59,676 nucleotides of DNA from an uncultured Flavobacteriales bacterium (lineage in GTDB: Bacteria; Bacteroidota; Bacteroidia; Flavobacteriales_D; CAJJDF01). A model generated the notes under the pieces. That model saw only the letters and a list, made by a program, of their open reading frames with translations, was not told the origin of the DNA and did not search any database. This document shows, piece after piece, positions 28,754 through 39,021 of the stretch. Both the position numbers and the translations under genes were made by a program. The stretch spans positions 1 to 59,676 of the forward strand of contig CAXIAX010000005.1 in assembly GCA_964021785.1 (NCBI GenBank), read 5' to 3'. How positions within the stretch are numbered: position 1 is the stretch's first letter; each line of letters starts with the position of its first letter.

Positions 28754-28807
28754 TTTTTGTTTTGTCATCTTTTAAATAATAGTTACTTTTACAAAAAACA
28801 ACACACA

Positions 28808-28903
28808 ATGTCTGATAATTATTTTCACGAAAACTCTGCTACAATAGGTTACATTTACACTGCATTAGCACTAGGAATTGTAGCTTACCTTATTTTTGGA
28901 TAA
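28808..28903 (+). CDS. Possible 31-aa single-TM small protein (not in ORF track)
   Basis: ATG...TAA ORF read by eye: MSDNYFHENSATIGYIYTALALGIVAYLIFG. One hydrophobic helix. Lies in an otherwise empty 202-bp spacer. Confidence 0.35.
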   Translation: MSDNYFHENSATIGYIYTALALGIVAYLIFG

Positions 28904-28955
28904 TCATAAATTGGCTTAAAACCCTAATTTATTAAGCGAGTAAAACTTTATTTAT

Positions 28956-30449
28956 ATGCCATTTGACACTATTTTTTCTTGGATAATAAAGAAAAGAATA
29001 GATCAAATAGAGCATTTTACCTTCAATCCCATTCTCACCCAAAGTGACGTATGGGATTCTTTGTTGGATAAAGCCAAAGAAACCGAATTTGGAAAACAAT
29101 ACGATTTCAAAAACACTTCGAGCTACAGAGATTTCAAAAACAAAATACCTCTTCACACTTACGAAGATCTTTTTCCTTATATAGAAAAATCTATAGCAGG
29201 ACAAGAAAACATTTTATGGCCAGGCAAAACTCAATGGTTTTCCAAATCATCTGGAACTACCAATGCCAAAAGCAAATTGATTCCTGTTACCAATGAAGCC
29301 ATACAAGATTGCCACTACAAAGGAGGTAAAGATTTGTTGAGTATATATTACCACAACAATCCCAATGCAAAGCTATTTTCTGGTAAACACCTTATACTTG
29401 GAGGAAACACTTCGGTAAACAAACTGAACGAAGGCAGTTATTTTGGAGATTTATCTGCTATCATAGTAAAGAATCTACCGTTTTGGGCAGAGATAAGAAG
29501 AACCCCAAACAGGCAAATAACCTTGATGGAAAATTGGGATGAAAAAATCCTAAAAATGGCAGAATCATCTCTCAAAGAAGATGTGAAAATTATTGCTGGA
29601 GTTCCTTCTTGGATGTTAGTCTTACTGAATAAAATAATAGAAGTAGCCGAAGGAAAAACCATAAACGAAATATGGCCAAACTTAGAATTATACATGCACG
29701 GAGGAGTAAATTTTGACCCTTACAAATCGCAGTTTGATTCGCTTATCAATTCCAAAAAACTAAACTATTACCAAACCTATAATGCCTCTGAAGGATTTTT
29801 TTCTTTGCAGAATGAAAACAAAGCAGACGACATGCTGCTCATGCTAGATTACGGTATCTTTTATGAGTTTATCCCTATGGATAAATTTGATGGAACCAAT
29901 TCCAATGCAATAAGCTTAGAAGAAGTAGAACTAAATAAAAACTACGCCATTGTAATTTCCACAAATGGAGGATTGTGGAGATACTTAGTAGGCGACACTG
30001 TAAAATTCACTTCCCTCTCCCCTTTCAAGATAAAAGTAACTGGAAGAACCAAGCATTTTATTAATGCATTTGGCGAAGAGTTAATTATAGAGAACACCGA
30101 CATTGCAATTACCAAGGCTTGCGAAAGAACTGGAGCAAAATTCAAGGAATATACTGTTGCTCCAAAATACTTGAGTGGAACAAAAAAAGGGGCACACGAA
30201 TGGGCTATAGAATTTGAACAACCTCCACAAAATGAGCAGGAATTTATTACTACATTAGATGAAATGCTAAAATCTCTAAATTCGGATTATGAAGCAAAAA
30301 GGAAGATGATTTTGGAAGAACCTATTATCCACATCTTACCACAAAACACGTTCAATAATTGGCTGAAAAAGAAAGGGAAATTGGGCGGGCAGAATAAAAT
30401 TCCAAGATTGAGCAACAACAGGGATTTTATGGAAGAAATTGTTTTATAA
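28956..30449 (+). CDS. GH3 (auxin-responsive promoter) family adenylate-forming enzyme homolog
   Basis: 497 aa. SSGTT-type motif (FSKSSGTTNAKSKLIPVT) and overall resemblance to bacterial GH3-family proteins. Confidence 0.8.
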   Translation: MPFDTIFSWIIKKRIDQIEHFTFNPILTQSDVWDSLLDKAKETEFGKQYDFKNTSSYRDFKNKIPLHTYEDLFPYIEKSIAGQENILWPGKTQWFSKSSGTTNAKSKLIPVTNEAIQDCHYKGGKDLLSIYYHNNPNAKLFSGKHLILGGNTSVNKLNEGSYFGDLSAIIVKNLPFWAEIRRTPNRQITLMENWDEKILKMAESSLKEDVKIIAGVPSWMLVLLNKIIEVAEGKTINEIWPNLELYMHGGVNFDPYKSQFDSLINSKKLNYYQTYNASEGFFSLQNENKADDMLLMLDYGIFYEFIPMDKFDGTNSNAISLEEVELNKNYAIVISTNGGLWRYLVGDTVKFTSLSPFKIKVTGRTKHFINAFGEELIIENTDIAITKACERTGAKFKEYTVAPKYLSGTKKGAHEWAIEFEQPPQNEQEFITTLDEMLKSLNSDYEAKRKMILEEPIIHILPQNTFNNWLKKKGKLGGQNKIPRLSNNRDFMEEIVL

Positions 30450-30497
30450 TTAAAGTATAAAAAACCCTAACTTTACCTCTTGCAAAACGAATAAACT

Positions 30498-31652
30498 ATG
30501 AGTAAAAAAGGAATCGCAATTTTGGGATCTACAGGATCTATTGGTACACAAGCATTGGAAGTTATAGAGCAATTTCCTGATAAATTTGAATTGATTGCAC
30601 TAACTGCAAACAGAAATGCAGATTTATTAATTGCACAATCGCTAAAATACAAACCCAATACTGTAGTTATTGTAGATGAATCGCAATACAAAAAAGTAAA
30701 AGACGCTTTGTGGGAACACGATATCAAAGTATATGCTGGCGAAGATTCTCTTGCTCAAGTAGTAGAAATGACCGAGATCGAAACTGTACTTACAGCAACA
30801 GTAGGTTACTCTGGGTTGTTACCTACAATTAATGCAATAAATGCAGGTAAAAATATTGCGTTGGCAAACAAAGAAACATTGGTTGTTGCAGGTGATATTG
30901 TAACAAAACTTGCACAAGAAAAAGGAGTAAATATTTACCCAGTAGACTCAGAGCATTCAGCAATTTTTCAATGTTTGGCCGGTAACTTTGATAATAAAAT
31001 AGAAAAAATTATCCTTACTGCTTCGGGCGGTCCTTTTAGAGGGAAATCTCATGAAGAATTAAAAAGTGTAACAAGAGAACAAGCCTTGAAACACCCAAAC
31101 TGGGAAATGGGAGCAAAAATCACAATAGATTCTGCTTCGCTTATGAACAAAGGGCTGGAAGTAATAGAAGCAAAATGGTTATTTGGAATTCCTGCCTCAA
31201 AAATTGAAGTGGTCGTTCATCCTCAATCCATTATTCACTCGGCAGTGCAATTTGAAGACAGTAGCATTTTGGCTCAAATGGGAATCCCAAGCATGAAAGT
31301 ACCAATTCAATACGCTTTGACTTATCCAGAAAGACCAAAATCGAACTTTAAGCGTTTTAGCTTTTTCGACTATCCTGAATTGACTTTTGAAAAACCAGAT
31401 TTAAATACTTTTAAAAACTTAAAATTGGCTTTTGATGTATTGGAAACTGGAGGAAACTCTGCTTGCGTGCTAAACGCAGCAAACGAAATCACAAACAAAG
31501 CATTTTTAGACGGGAAGATAACATTCTTGGAAATTGGTGATATTAATGAGAAAACTATCGAAAAAACTGAATTTATCTCAAAACCAACCCTAGAAGATTA
31601 CATAGAATCGAATAAACTAGCAAGACAGTTTGCTACCGATTTTTGTAATTAA
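30498..31652 (+). CDS. dxr: 1-deoxy-D-xylulose 5-phosphate reductoisomerase
   Basis: 384 aa. NADPH motif GSTGSIGTQAL and an overall Dxr-like sequence. Confidence 0.95.
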   Translation: MSKKGIAILGSTGSIGTQALEVIEQFPDKFELIALTANRNADLLIAQSLKYKPNTVVIVDESQYKKVKDALWEHDIKVYAGEDSLAQVVEMTEIETVLTATVGYSGLLPTINAINAGKNIALANKETLVVAGDIVTKLAQEKGVNIYPVDSEHSAIFQCLAGNFDNKIEKIILTASGGPFRGKSHEELKSVTREQALKHPNWEMGAKITIDSASLMNKGLEVIEAKWLFGIPASKIEVVVHPQSIIHSAVQFEDSSILAQMGIPSMKVPIQYALTYPERPKSNFKRFSFFDYPELTFEKPDLNTFKNLKLAFDVLETGGNSACVLNAANEITNKAFLDGKITFLEIGDINEKTIEKTEFISKPTLEDYIESNKLARQFATDFCN

Positions 31653-31690
31653 ACTGAATCTTAATCGATAAATAAACACACTTTCAAATT

Positions 31691-33043
31691 ATGGACACAT
31701 TTGTCATAATCGTACAATTAATATTAGCACTTTCTATTCTTGTAGTTTTACACGAACTGGGGCATTTTATTCCTGCTCGTTTATTTAAAATAAGAGTAGA
31801 AAAATTCTATTTGTTTTTTAATCCTTGGTTTTCTCTTTTCAAATTTAAGAAAGGCGATACCGAATACGGAATTGGATGGCTACCCCTAGGTGGATTCGTA
31901 AAAATATCGGGAATGATAGATGAATCTATGGATACCGATCAAATGAAAAAGCCACCAAAACCTTGGGAATTTAGAACAAAACCAGCATGGCAAAGATTAA
32001 TAGTAATGCTTGGAGGTGTATTTGTAAATGTAATTTTGGCAATCTTCCTTTACGCAATGGTTGCATATTTTTGGGGGAAAGATTACGTGAAAAACGAAGA
32101 CTTTACTTATGGAATAGAAGTTCTTGCAGATGAAATAAAAGGCGAAGAGTTTTTTATGAATGGGGACAAAATTCTAGAAGTAGAAGGAGAAAAAGTAGAC
32201 GATTTTAATGAAATAAATAAATCTATTTTAATCAACCAGTCCAAAAACTTTAAAATAGAAAGAAACGGAGAGATAAAAAACGTAACTATCTCAGAACAAG
32301 CAATTGACTTTATGCTTAAAAATGAAGCTCCTGCTTTCATTCCTCAATTTCCAAACTTAATAGATTCTGTAATGGAAAACTCTGTAGGAAGTGAAATTGG
32401 ATTAAAAAAAGGAGATCACATTTTATCCATTAATAACGTGAATGTCGAATTATTCAAAGACTTAATTAAAGAACTTAAAACATTCAAAGAAAACAAAGTT
32501 GACACCTTTCAATTACAAGTAAAACGTGGAAACGAAATAATCCCAATAACTGGACAGTTTGATACTTCTTATAAATTTGGATTTCAACAATCAGGAGATT
32601 ATTTAAAACTTTTTGAACCAACACACCTAAGTTATACTTTTGCTCAATCTTGGCCAGAAGGAATAAGACTTGGCTACAACACATTGTCGGATTATGTGAA
32701 ACAGTTTAGATTAATATTTACGAAAAAAGAAGCCGTAAAGAAAGTAGGTGGATTTGGTACAATCGCAAAGATCTTCCCTACCACTTGGGATTGGAAAATC
32801 TTTTGGCAAAGAACCGCATTTTTATCTGTTGTACTCGCATTTATGAACATCTTACCTATTCCAGCACTGGATGGTGGACATGCCATGTTCTTAATTTACG
32901 AGATGATATCAGGAAGACCTCCAAGCGATAGTTTTATGGAAAAAGCACAGATGTTTGGAATATTAATTTTATTGTCAGTAATGCTACTTGCAAACGGAAA
33001 TGACGCCTACAGATGGTTGGCAGAAATATTTAATTGGGAATAA
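31691..33043 (+). CDS. rseP: RIP metalloprotease RseP (site-2 protease)
   Basis: 450 aa. HELGH zinc motif, PDZ region, NILPIPALDGGH motif. Confidence 0.9.
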   Translation: MDTFVIIVQLILALSILVVLHELGHFIPARLFKIRVEKFYLFFNPWFSLFKFKKGDTEYGIGWLPLGGFVKISGMIDESMDTDQMKKPPKPWEFRTKPAWQRLIVMLGGVFVNVILAIFLYAMVAYFWGKDYVKNEDFTYGIEVLADEIKGEEFFMNGDKILEVEGEKVDDFNEINKSILINQSKNFKIERNGEIKNVTISEQAIDFMLKNEAPAFIPQFPNLIDSVMENSVGSEIGLKKGDHILSINNVNVELFKDLIKELKTFKENKVDTFQLQVKRGNEIIPITGQFDTSYKFGFQQSGDYLKLFEPTHLSYTFAQSWPEGIRLGYNTLSDYVKQFRLIFTKKEAVKKVGGFGTIAKIFPTTWDWKIFWQRTAFLSVVLAFMNILPIPALDGGHAMFLIYEMISGRPPSDSFMEKAQMFGILILLSVMLLANGNDAYRWLAEIFNWE

Positions 33044-33045
33044 AC

Positions 33046-33213
33046 ATGGGATACTATATTGGAATAGGAATATTAGTGGTGGTAATAGCTTTTTTTATGG
33101 CAGCCACACAAAAAGCAAGAGGATACAATTTTTGGAGATACTTTATCGTTTCTATCTTTATTGTAGGAGGAATTTATTTTATGCTAGAGAACCTGGTACT
33201 AAAACCAAAGTAA
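33046..33213 (+). CDS. Possible 55-aa two-TM small membrane protein (not in ORF track)
   Basis: ORF read by eye: MGYYIGIGILVVVIAFFMAATQKARGYNFWRYFIVSIFIVGGIYFMLENLVLKPK. The ATG is 2 nt after the rseP stop. Two clean hydrophobic helices with a basic loop. Confidence 0.45.
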   Translation: MGYYIGIGILVVVIAFFMAATQKARGYNFWRYFIVSIFIVGGIYFMLENLVLKPK

Positions 33214-33265
33214 GTAGACCTCACAAAATTGTTGTATTTTCATTTCTAAATCTGAATTCTAAAAT

Positions 33266-34810
33266 TTGAAATCAAAAAAATTATATTCAACCAAACAAAT
33301 ATGGAAGGTTATTCTATCCATTGTAGCCATAATCATTATTGGGGTTTCACTTTGGTATACCAATTATTTGGCTTCAAAAATACAGGACGAAGAAAAATTA
33401 AGGGTGAAACTATGGAGTGAAACTGTAAAAAAACAAGCCCAATTAGTAAACCTTACTAATCAAACTTTTGAGCAACTAAAAGCTGAGGAGGAGGATAACA
33501 TTAAGGATTTTACGTACGCAACAAACGAAATAGCAACAAGAGAATTTAACGATTATACCTTTGTTAGTTACTTCATGACTAAGGATTATCAAATCCCATT
33601 AATAATAGAAAACGTAACCTACAAGAACAACCGGGTAGAACGTTATTATGAAGGAAGAAATTTAGAACTACTGGAGGATTCTGTGTTAAACTCTAGATTA
33701 TTTAAAGATTCTCTAAGAAAACTATTATACACTTGGGAAAGGGAAAATAAAAGTATAGAAATTAAAAGTACAGCAAACCAATCTCAAATATTCCACTTTG
33801 GTGATTCCAAATTATTAAAAGAATTAAAAAACAAAAGTGACTCTTTAATCCAATCGTTTGAAAACGAACTCATAGCTAGTTCTGCGTCTATCCCTATTTT
33901 GTATGTGGATTCTGCAACTGGCCTTATCAAAAGAACAATAAATATTGATTCTTCTAAGCTAAAAGACAGTACTTCTATTGCCAATACACTATATGAAATG
34001 GCAAATGAGAACGAAAAAATAACGGTTTCTTTTGGAGAAAACACAGGTTACATTTACTATTCGGAGTCTAGTCTTTTAAAACAATTAAGGTTTTATCCTT
34101 GGGTTCAGTTAGTAATAATCTTTTTGTTCCTGATGGTTTCTTATTTCTTGTTTAGCACTTTCCGTAAAGCGGAACAAAACCAAGTTTGGGCAGGAATGGC
34201 AAAAGAGACAGCTCATCAATTGGGTACTCCTCTCTCCTCTCTTATGGCTTGGGTAGAGATAATAAAAGCAGATGGAGTTCCAGATTCTTCTATTACAGAA
34301 ATGAACAAAGACATAGAAAGACTAAACACCATTACGGACCGTTTTTCTAAAATTGGCTCTATTGTAAAAACGAAAGAAGAGAATATTTTCACTTCAGTTT
34401 CAGAGTCTACCGATTACCTTAGGTCGAGAGTTTCTAAAAAAGTAGAATTAATTGTAAAAGGAGATAAAGATGCAGTTGCCAACATCAATTCTTCTCTATT
34501 TGAATGGGTAATAGAGAACATTACCAAAAATGCAATAGATGCTATTTATGGCGAAAAAGGAGCTGTAATTTATCAAATTCAAAACAAGGAAACTAAAGTA
34601 ATTATTGACATTACTGACACAGGAAAAGGTATCCCTTCTTCTAATTTCAAAACTGTTTTTAGTCCAGGATTCTCTACCAAAGAAAGAGGTTGGGGATTGG
34701 GATTAAGTCTTGTAAAAAGAATTGTAGAAGAACAACTTGGAGGAAAAATAATTGTTCTTAATTCAAAAATAGATCAAGGAACAACATTTAGAATTACTTT
34801 GAAAAAGTAA
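33266..34810 (+). CDS. Membrane sensor histidine kinase (orphan)
   Basis: 514 aa, TTG start. Two TM segments flank a ~250-aa extracytoplasmic domain. H-box AKETAHQLGTPLSSL, G-boxes DTGKGI and GWGLGLSLV. Confidence 0.85.
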   Translation: MKSKKLYSTKQIWKVILSIVAIIIIGVSLWYTNYLASKIQDEEKLRVKLWSETVKKQAQLVNLTNQTFEQLKAEEEDNIKDFTYATNEIATREFNDYTFVSYFMTKDYQIPLIIENVTYKNNRVERYYEGRNLELLEDSVLNSRLFKDSLRKLLYTWERENKSIEIKSTANQSQIFHFGDSKLLKELKNKSDSLIQSFENELIASSASIPILYVDSATGLIKRTINIDSSKLKDSTSIANTLYEMANENEKITVSFGENTGYIYYSESSLLKQLRFYPWVQLVIIFLFLMVSYFLFSTFRKAEQNQVWAGMAKETAHQLGTPLSSLMAWVEIIKADGVPDSSITEMNKDIERLNTITDRFSKIGSIVKTKEENIFTSVSESTDYLRSRVSKKVELIVKGDKDAVANINSSLFEWVIENITKNAIDAIYGEKGAVIYQIQNKETKVIIDITDTGKGIPSSNFKTVFSPGFSTKERGWGLGLSLVKRIVEEQLGGKIIVLNSKIDQGTTFRITLKK

Positions 34811-34855
34811 TTTTATTAAAGTTTAAATATCTTTGCGACACAAAAACAATAAACA

Positions 34856-35317
34856 ATGCCAACTTATAGAGAATTAACGATTGATGAATTAAAACATTTT
34901 GAACAAGAATTTAAAGAATTCTTAGCTGTAAATGGTATAGATTCTGAGTTATGGATTGACATAAAAAACTCTGACCAAGAAAAAGTAAATAAACTTATTT
35001 CTAGTTTCAGTGATGTGATATACAATTCCGTTCTTATAAAAATGGAATACATTGAATTTGCCACAGAAAATGACATTAAATATTTTTACTACGGTAAAGA
35101 AAAGGCCGAATTAATAGGACTAGAAAGTGATTCTGTTTCTTTCTTGAACAAAGATGCTGTGCTTAAAGCCATTGAAGAAAATAAAGTAAAAATAAAAGCC
35201 TACCGAACTAGCAAAGAATACACCAAAAAGCGAGAAGAAGAATTATTCTTCATGCTAAAAAATGGATGCCAACCTAGTGATGGTAATATGTTTAAAATAT
35301 TAGAAAAGTTGGTTTAA
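34856..35317 (+). CDS. Hypothetical protein
   Basis: 153-aa ORF with protein-like composition and no motif I can assign. Confidence 0.6.
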   Translation: MPTYRELTIDELKHFEQEFKEFLAVNGIDSELWIDIKNSDQEKVNKLISSFSDVIYNSVLIKMEYIEFATENDIKYFYYGKEKAELIGLESDSVSFLNKDAVLKAIEENKVKIKAYRTSKEYTKKREEELFFMLKNGCQPSDGNMFKILEKLV

Positions 35318-35324
35318 AACTATT

Positions 35325-37262
35325 TTACTTCCCAATAGACTTAACTATTGTTGCTTTCTTCACCATTTCTTCCACATTTTCTAAAATAGAAGCTGCATCA
35401 AAACCACATTCTTTGTAAAGTTCTGCTTGAGTTCCATGCTCTATATATCTATCTGGAATACCTAATCTTTTCACTTGTGCCTGGTAGCCATTATCTACCA
35501 TAAACTCTAGCACTGCACTTCCCAATCCTCCAACAATAGTTCCGTCTTCTACGGTAATTACTTTGTCGAATTTAGAAAACACTTCGTGTAAAATTGTTTC
35601 GTCTAAAGGCTTTAAGAATCTCATATCATAATGAGCCACACTTAATCCTTTTTCTGTAAAATCGTTTTCTATTTTAGCAATAAAAGTTCCTGTTATTCCA
35701 ATTGTCAAAATAGCAATATCAGTACCATTTTTCAATTTTCTTCCTTGACCAATAGTTAATTTCTGAAACGGTTTTTTCCAATCTGGTGTAATCCCCTTTC
35801 CTCTTGGGTAACGAATAGAAAATGGACCATTTTCATCTGCTTGAGCAGTATACATTAAGTTTCTTAATTCCAATTCATCCATAGGTGCAGAGACTGTCAT
35901 GTTTGGTATACTTCTCATATAGGCCAAATCATAAGCTCCGTGGTGTGTAGGACCATCTGCTCCTACCAATCCTCCTCTATCCAAACAAAATACTACATTC
36001 AAATTTTGAATTGCAACATCATGAAGAACTTGATCATAAGCTCTTTGCATAAATGAAGAATAAATATTACAATAAGGTATTAATCCTTGAGTAGCCAATC
36101 CTGCAGAAAATGTAACTGCATGCTGTTCTGCAATACCTACATCAAATGCTCTATTTGGCATTGCTTTCATCATTATATTTAAAGAACAACCTGTTGGCAT
36201 TGCCGGGGTTACTCCTGCAATTTTCAAATTTTTCTCTGCTAACTCTACTATAGTATGTCCAAATACATCTTGAAATTTAGGTGCATCCGTAGATTTAGGA
36301 ATTACTTTTACAATCTCTCCAGTCTCTTTATTAAAAACCCCAGGAGCGTGCCATACCGTAGTATCTCCATCTTCTGCAGGCTTAAATCCTTTTCCTTTTT
36401 CGGTTAAGCAGTGAACGATTTTTGGCCCAGGTAAGTGTTTTATTTCTTCAAATAACTTTACCATTGCTTGAGAATCATGTCCGTCTACAGGTCCAAAATA
36501 TCTAAAGTTTAATGATTCAAAAAAGTTACTCTTTTGATAAATACTTCCTTTAAGCGCATCACTTACTTTATGTACAATTTGCTGTGCACTTGCCCCAAAA
36601 GAACTTAGTTTTCCTAATAAATTCCACACTTCATCCTTCACCTTATTGTAAGGTTGCGAAGCCGATAAATCCCTTAAATATTCTTTTAAAGCTCCTACAT
36701 TTGGGTCTATAGACATACAGTTGTCATTTAAAACTACAATCATGTTAGAGTTTTCTATCCCACCATGATTTAATCCTTCAAATGCCAATCCTGCTGTCAT
36801 AGCTCCATCACCAATAACGGCAATGTGTTGTCTTTCTTGTTCTCCTTTTATTTGGCTGGCTACTGCCATTCCCAATGCTGCAGAAATAGAAGTAGATGAG
36901 TGACCTACACCAAAAGTGTCATATTCACTTTCACTTCTTTTTGGGAATCCACTTATCCCTTTATACACTCTATTAGTATCAAAAACATCTTTTCTTCCCG
37001 TGATTATTTTATGGCCATATGCTTGGTGACCTACATCCCAAACTAATTGATCATAAGGAGTATTGAACACATAATGCAAAGCAGAAGTTAATTCTACCAC
37101 TCCTAAACTTGCTCCAAAATGCCCTCCTTTTTCAGAAACTACATCTACTATAAATTGCCTTAATTCTTTACAGAATTGAGGTAATTCGTCAATAGTTATT
37201 AATTTTTTTAAATCTTCTGGGCTGTTAACCTTAGCCAATAATTCACCCGCTTGAAAAGCCAT
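35325..37262 (-). CDS. dxs: 1-deoxy-D-xylulose-5-phosphate synthase
   Basis: 645 aa. TPP motif GDGAMTAGLAFEGLN and an overall Dxs-like sequence. Confidence 0.95.
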   Translation of the reverse strand: MAFQAGELLAKVNSPEDLKKLITIDELPQFCKELRQFIVDVVSEKGGHFGASLGVVELTSALHYVFNTPYDQLVWDVGHQAYGHKIITGRKDVFDTNRVYKGISGFPKRSESEYDTFGVGHSSTSISAALGMAVASQIKGEQERQHIAVIGDGAMTAGLAFEGLNHGGIENSNMIVVLNDNCMSIDPNVGALKEYLRDLSASQPYNKVKDEVWNLLGKLSSFGASAQQIVHKVSDALKGSIYQKSNFFESLNFRYFGPVDGHDSQAMVKLFEEIKHLPGPKIVHCLTEKGKGFKPAEDGDTTVWHAPGVFNKETGEIVKVIPKSTDAPKFQDVFGHTIVELAEKNLKIAGVTPAMPTGCSLNIMMKAMPNRAFDVGIAEQHAVTFSAGLATQGLIPYCNIYSSFMQRAYDQVLHDVAIQNLNVVFCLDRGGLVGADGPTHHGAYDLAYMRSIPNMTVSAPMDELELRNLMYTAQADENGPFSIRYPRGKGITPDWKKPFQKLTIGQGRKLKNGTDIAILTIGITGTFIAKIENDFTEKGLSVAHYDMRFLKPLDETILHEVFSKFDKVITVEDGTIVGGLGSAVLEFMVDNGYQAQVKRLGIPDRYIEHGTQAELYKECGFDAASILENVEEMVKKATIVKSIGK

Positions 37263-37348
37263 ATATTCGATTGTTTTCTGTCAGAAACTAAAGATAAAAC
37301 ATTTTATTGTATTATTATTTTTTGTTTAACAAAAAATAACTTTACCTA

Positions 37349-37639
37349 CTACAAAACTATAGAGACAATTCTGTTTACTGGAATAAAAACTCCCTTTTTA
37401 AGTAAGATATGATCTTCCCCAACGGCCCATATTGTTGTATTCACTTCTTTTAATCCTTCTTCATCTTGAAAAACAATTTCTATTTTATTGTGAAATAAAT
37501 TTCCTAATTGTTCTGCTTTTTTTAATTTTTGAACCAAAGATTTTTGCTCTTCTGCGCTTCTTAATTTTATTGGTTTAGACGGGAAGTTTAAATTTGCCAC
37601 TTCCTCTTTTTCTATTTTTTTTGTTACTAAATTTTCCAT
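37349..37639 (-). CDS. Hypothetical small protein downstream of tilS
   Basis: 96-aa ORF that starts 4 nt after the tilS stop. No recognisable motif. Confidence 0.55.
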   Translation of the reverse strand: MENLVTKKIEKEEVANLNFPSKPIKLRSAEEQKSLVQKLKKAEQLGNLFHNKIEIVFQDEEGLKEVNTTIWAVGEDHILLKKGVFIPVNRIVSIVL

Positions 37640-37643
37640 TTTT

Positions 37644-38960
37644 TTATCGTAATATAATGTTTAACATCTCTTTAGTGTCATTTGAAATTTTATAATCATC
37701 ATTTATTCTATGACCTACAAGCCATACTATTTCTGAATTTGAAATCAAAACGTACGTTTCTTCTTTTTCAATTCTCGATAATTTTTCATCAATCAAATAA
37801 TCACTTATCTTTTTCTTTCCTACCATTCCAAATGGCTTAAACGAATCTCCACTTTTCCATTTTCTTAATTGAAGAGGATACGATAATTTATCTGCATCCA
37901 AAAAAGCTTGAGAGGAATCTAAAACCAGGTGTTTTTTTTCATTCGGTAATTTCTTAAACGTTAGTTCTAGGGGATAAGTTACATCTTTTTGTGTTTTATT
38001 TATCTCTACTACTACGTTTTCAGAGTTTACATCTGGTGATACTATCAATTCGCTCCTATCCACAAGCAACTTATATCGAGAAGAATAAAAATACTTTCCC
38101 GCTCCATTTTCATCTAACAGAGAGGTGTTAAGTTGAATTACTTGTGAGTAATTAAAGTCGAATCGTTTTAAAAATTCATACAAAATTTGAGTTTTATTTT
38201 TTACTTTTTCAATATTAATGTAAAACGCATTTCCCTTTGTTTTAATAACAAAGTCACTCAATTGCTTCTCTACAGCCTTGGTATAAATAGTATTAATAGA
38301 CTCGAAATGAGCAATATTCTGCCCCATAGTTTCGGTAAATGATGGATTCATCTCTTGAAATAATGGCATTATTTGGTTCCTTATTTTATTTCTTTTATAA
38401 TCATTAGATTCATTGCTTTGATCTTCTCTAAATCTCACATTATATTCGGCCGCATAGTTTCTTATACTTTCTTTGGAAATAGTAAGCATTGGCCTAAAAA
38501 TAAAATTAGAAATTGTTTTCATCCCTACTATACCGTTAATTCCAGTTCCTCTGGTTAGGTTTAGTAATACTGTCTCTACATTATCATCTAAATGATGGGC
38601 AGTTACAATATAATCATATCCAAATTCTTTTTTTATTTCATCAAACCAAGTATATCTCAAATCCCTTGCAGCCATTTGTGTAGATAACTTATGTTTCTTT
38701 TTGTAAGCAAGGGTATCAAAATGTACGGTATGAAATTGCACATTTTCAATTTCCGATTGCTTTTTTACCAGTTGCTGATCTTTATCTGCTTCTGATGCTC
38801 GCAATTGAAAATTACAATGAGCCACTCCAAAATTTAATTTCTTTGACGAAAATAAAGACAGCAAAACCATGGAATCTACTCCTCCACTAATTGCGAGTAA
38901 GAACCTCTTGTTTTTGTAATCCTCTATTTGTGAGAAAGATATTTCTAGGTTATGTAACAT
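37644..38960 (-). CDS. tilS: tRNA(Ile)-lysidine synthase
   Basis: PP-loop motif SGGVDS. The ORF is open to 39005, but Met16 (38960) gives the usual ~20-aa spacing before the PP-loop. Confidence 0.9.
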   Translation of the reverse strand: MLHNLEISFSQIEDYKNKRFLLAISGGVDSMVLLSLFSSKKLNFGVAHCNFQLRASEADKDQQLVKKQSEIENVQFHTVHFDTLAYKKKHKLSTQMAARDLRYTWFDEIKKEFGYDYIVTAHHLDDNVETVLLNLTRGTGINGIVGMKTISNFIFRPMLTISKESIRNYAAEYNVRFREDQSNESNDYKRNKIRNQIMPLFQEMNPSFTETMGQNIAHFESINTIYTKAVEKQLSDFVIKTKGNAFYINIEKVKNKTQILYEFLKRFDFNYSQVIQLNTSLLDENGAGKYFYSSRYKLLVDRSELIVSPDVNSENVVVEINKTQKDVTYPLELTFKKLPNEKKHLVLDSSQAFLDADKLSYPLQLRKWKSGDSFKPFGMVGKKKISDYLIDEKLSRIEKEETYVLISNSEIVWLVGHRINDDYKISNDTKEMLNIILR

Positions 38961-39021
38961 AAGGGTAAAAAAAAGCCACCAACCTAAAAATAAGATTGAT
39001 GGCACTAAATTTAGTTAAAAA

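Noticed and set aside
32988-33269. 93-aa ORF from the track overlapping the rseP 3' end
   Set aside because: It overlaps rseP by 56 nt and has an implausible composition. A cleaner 55-aa two-TM ORF in another frame (33046-33213) better explains the spacer.
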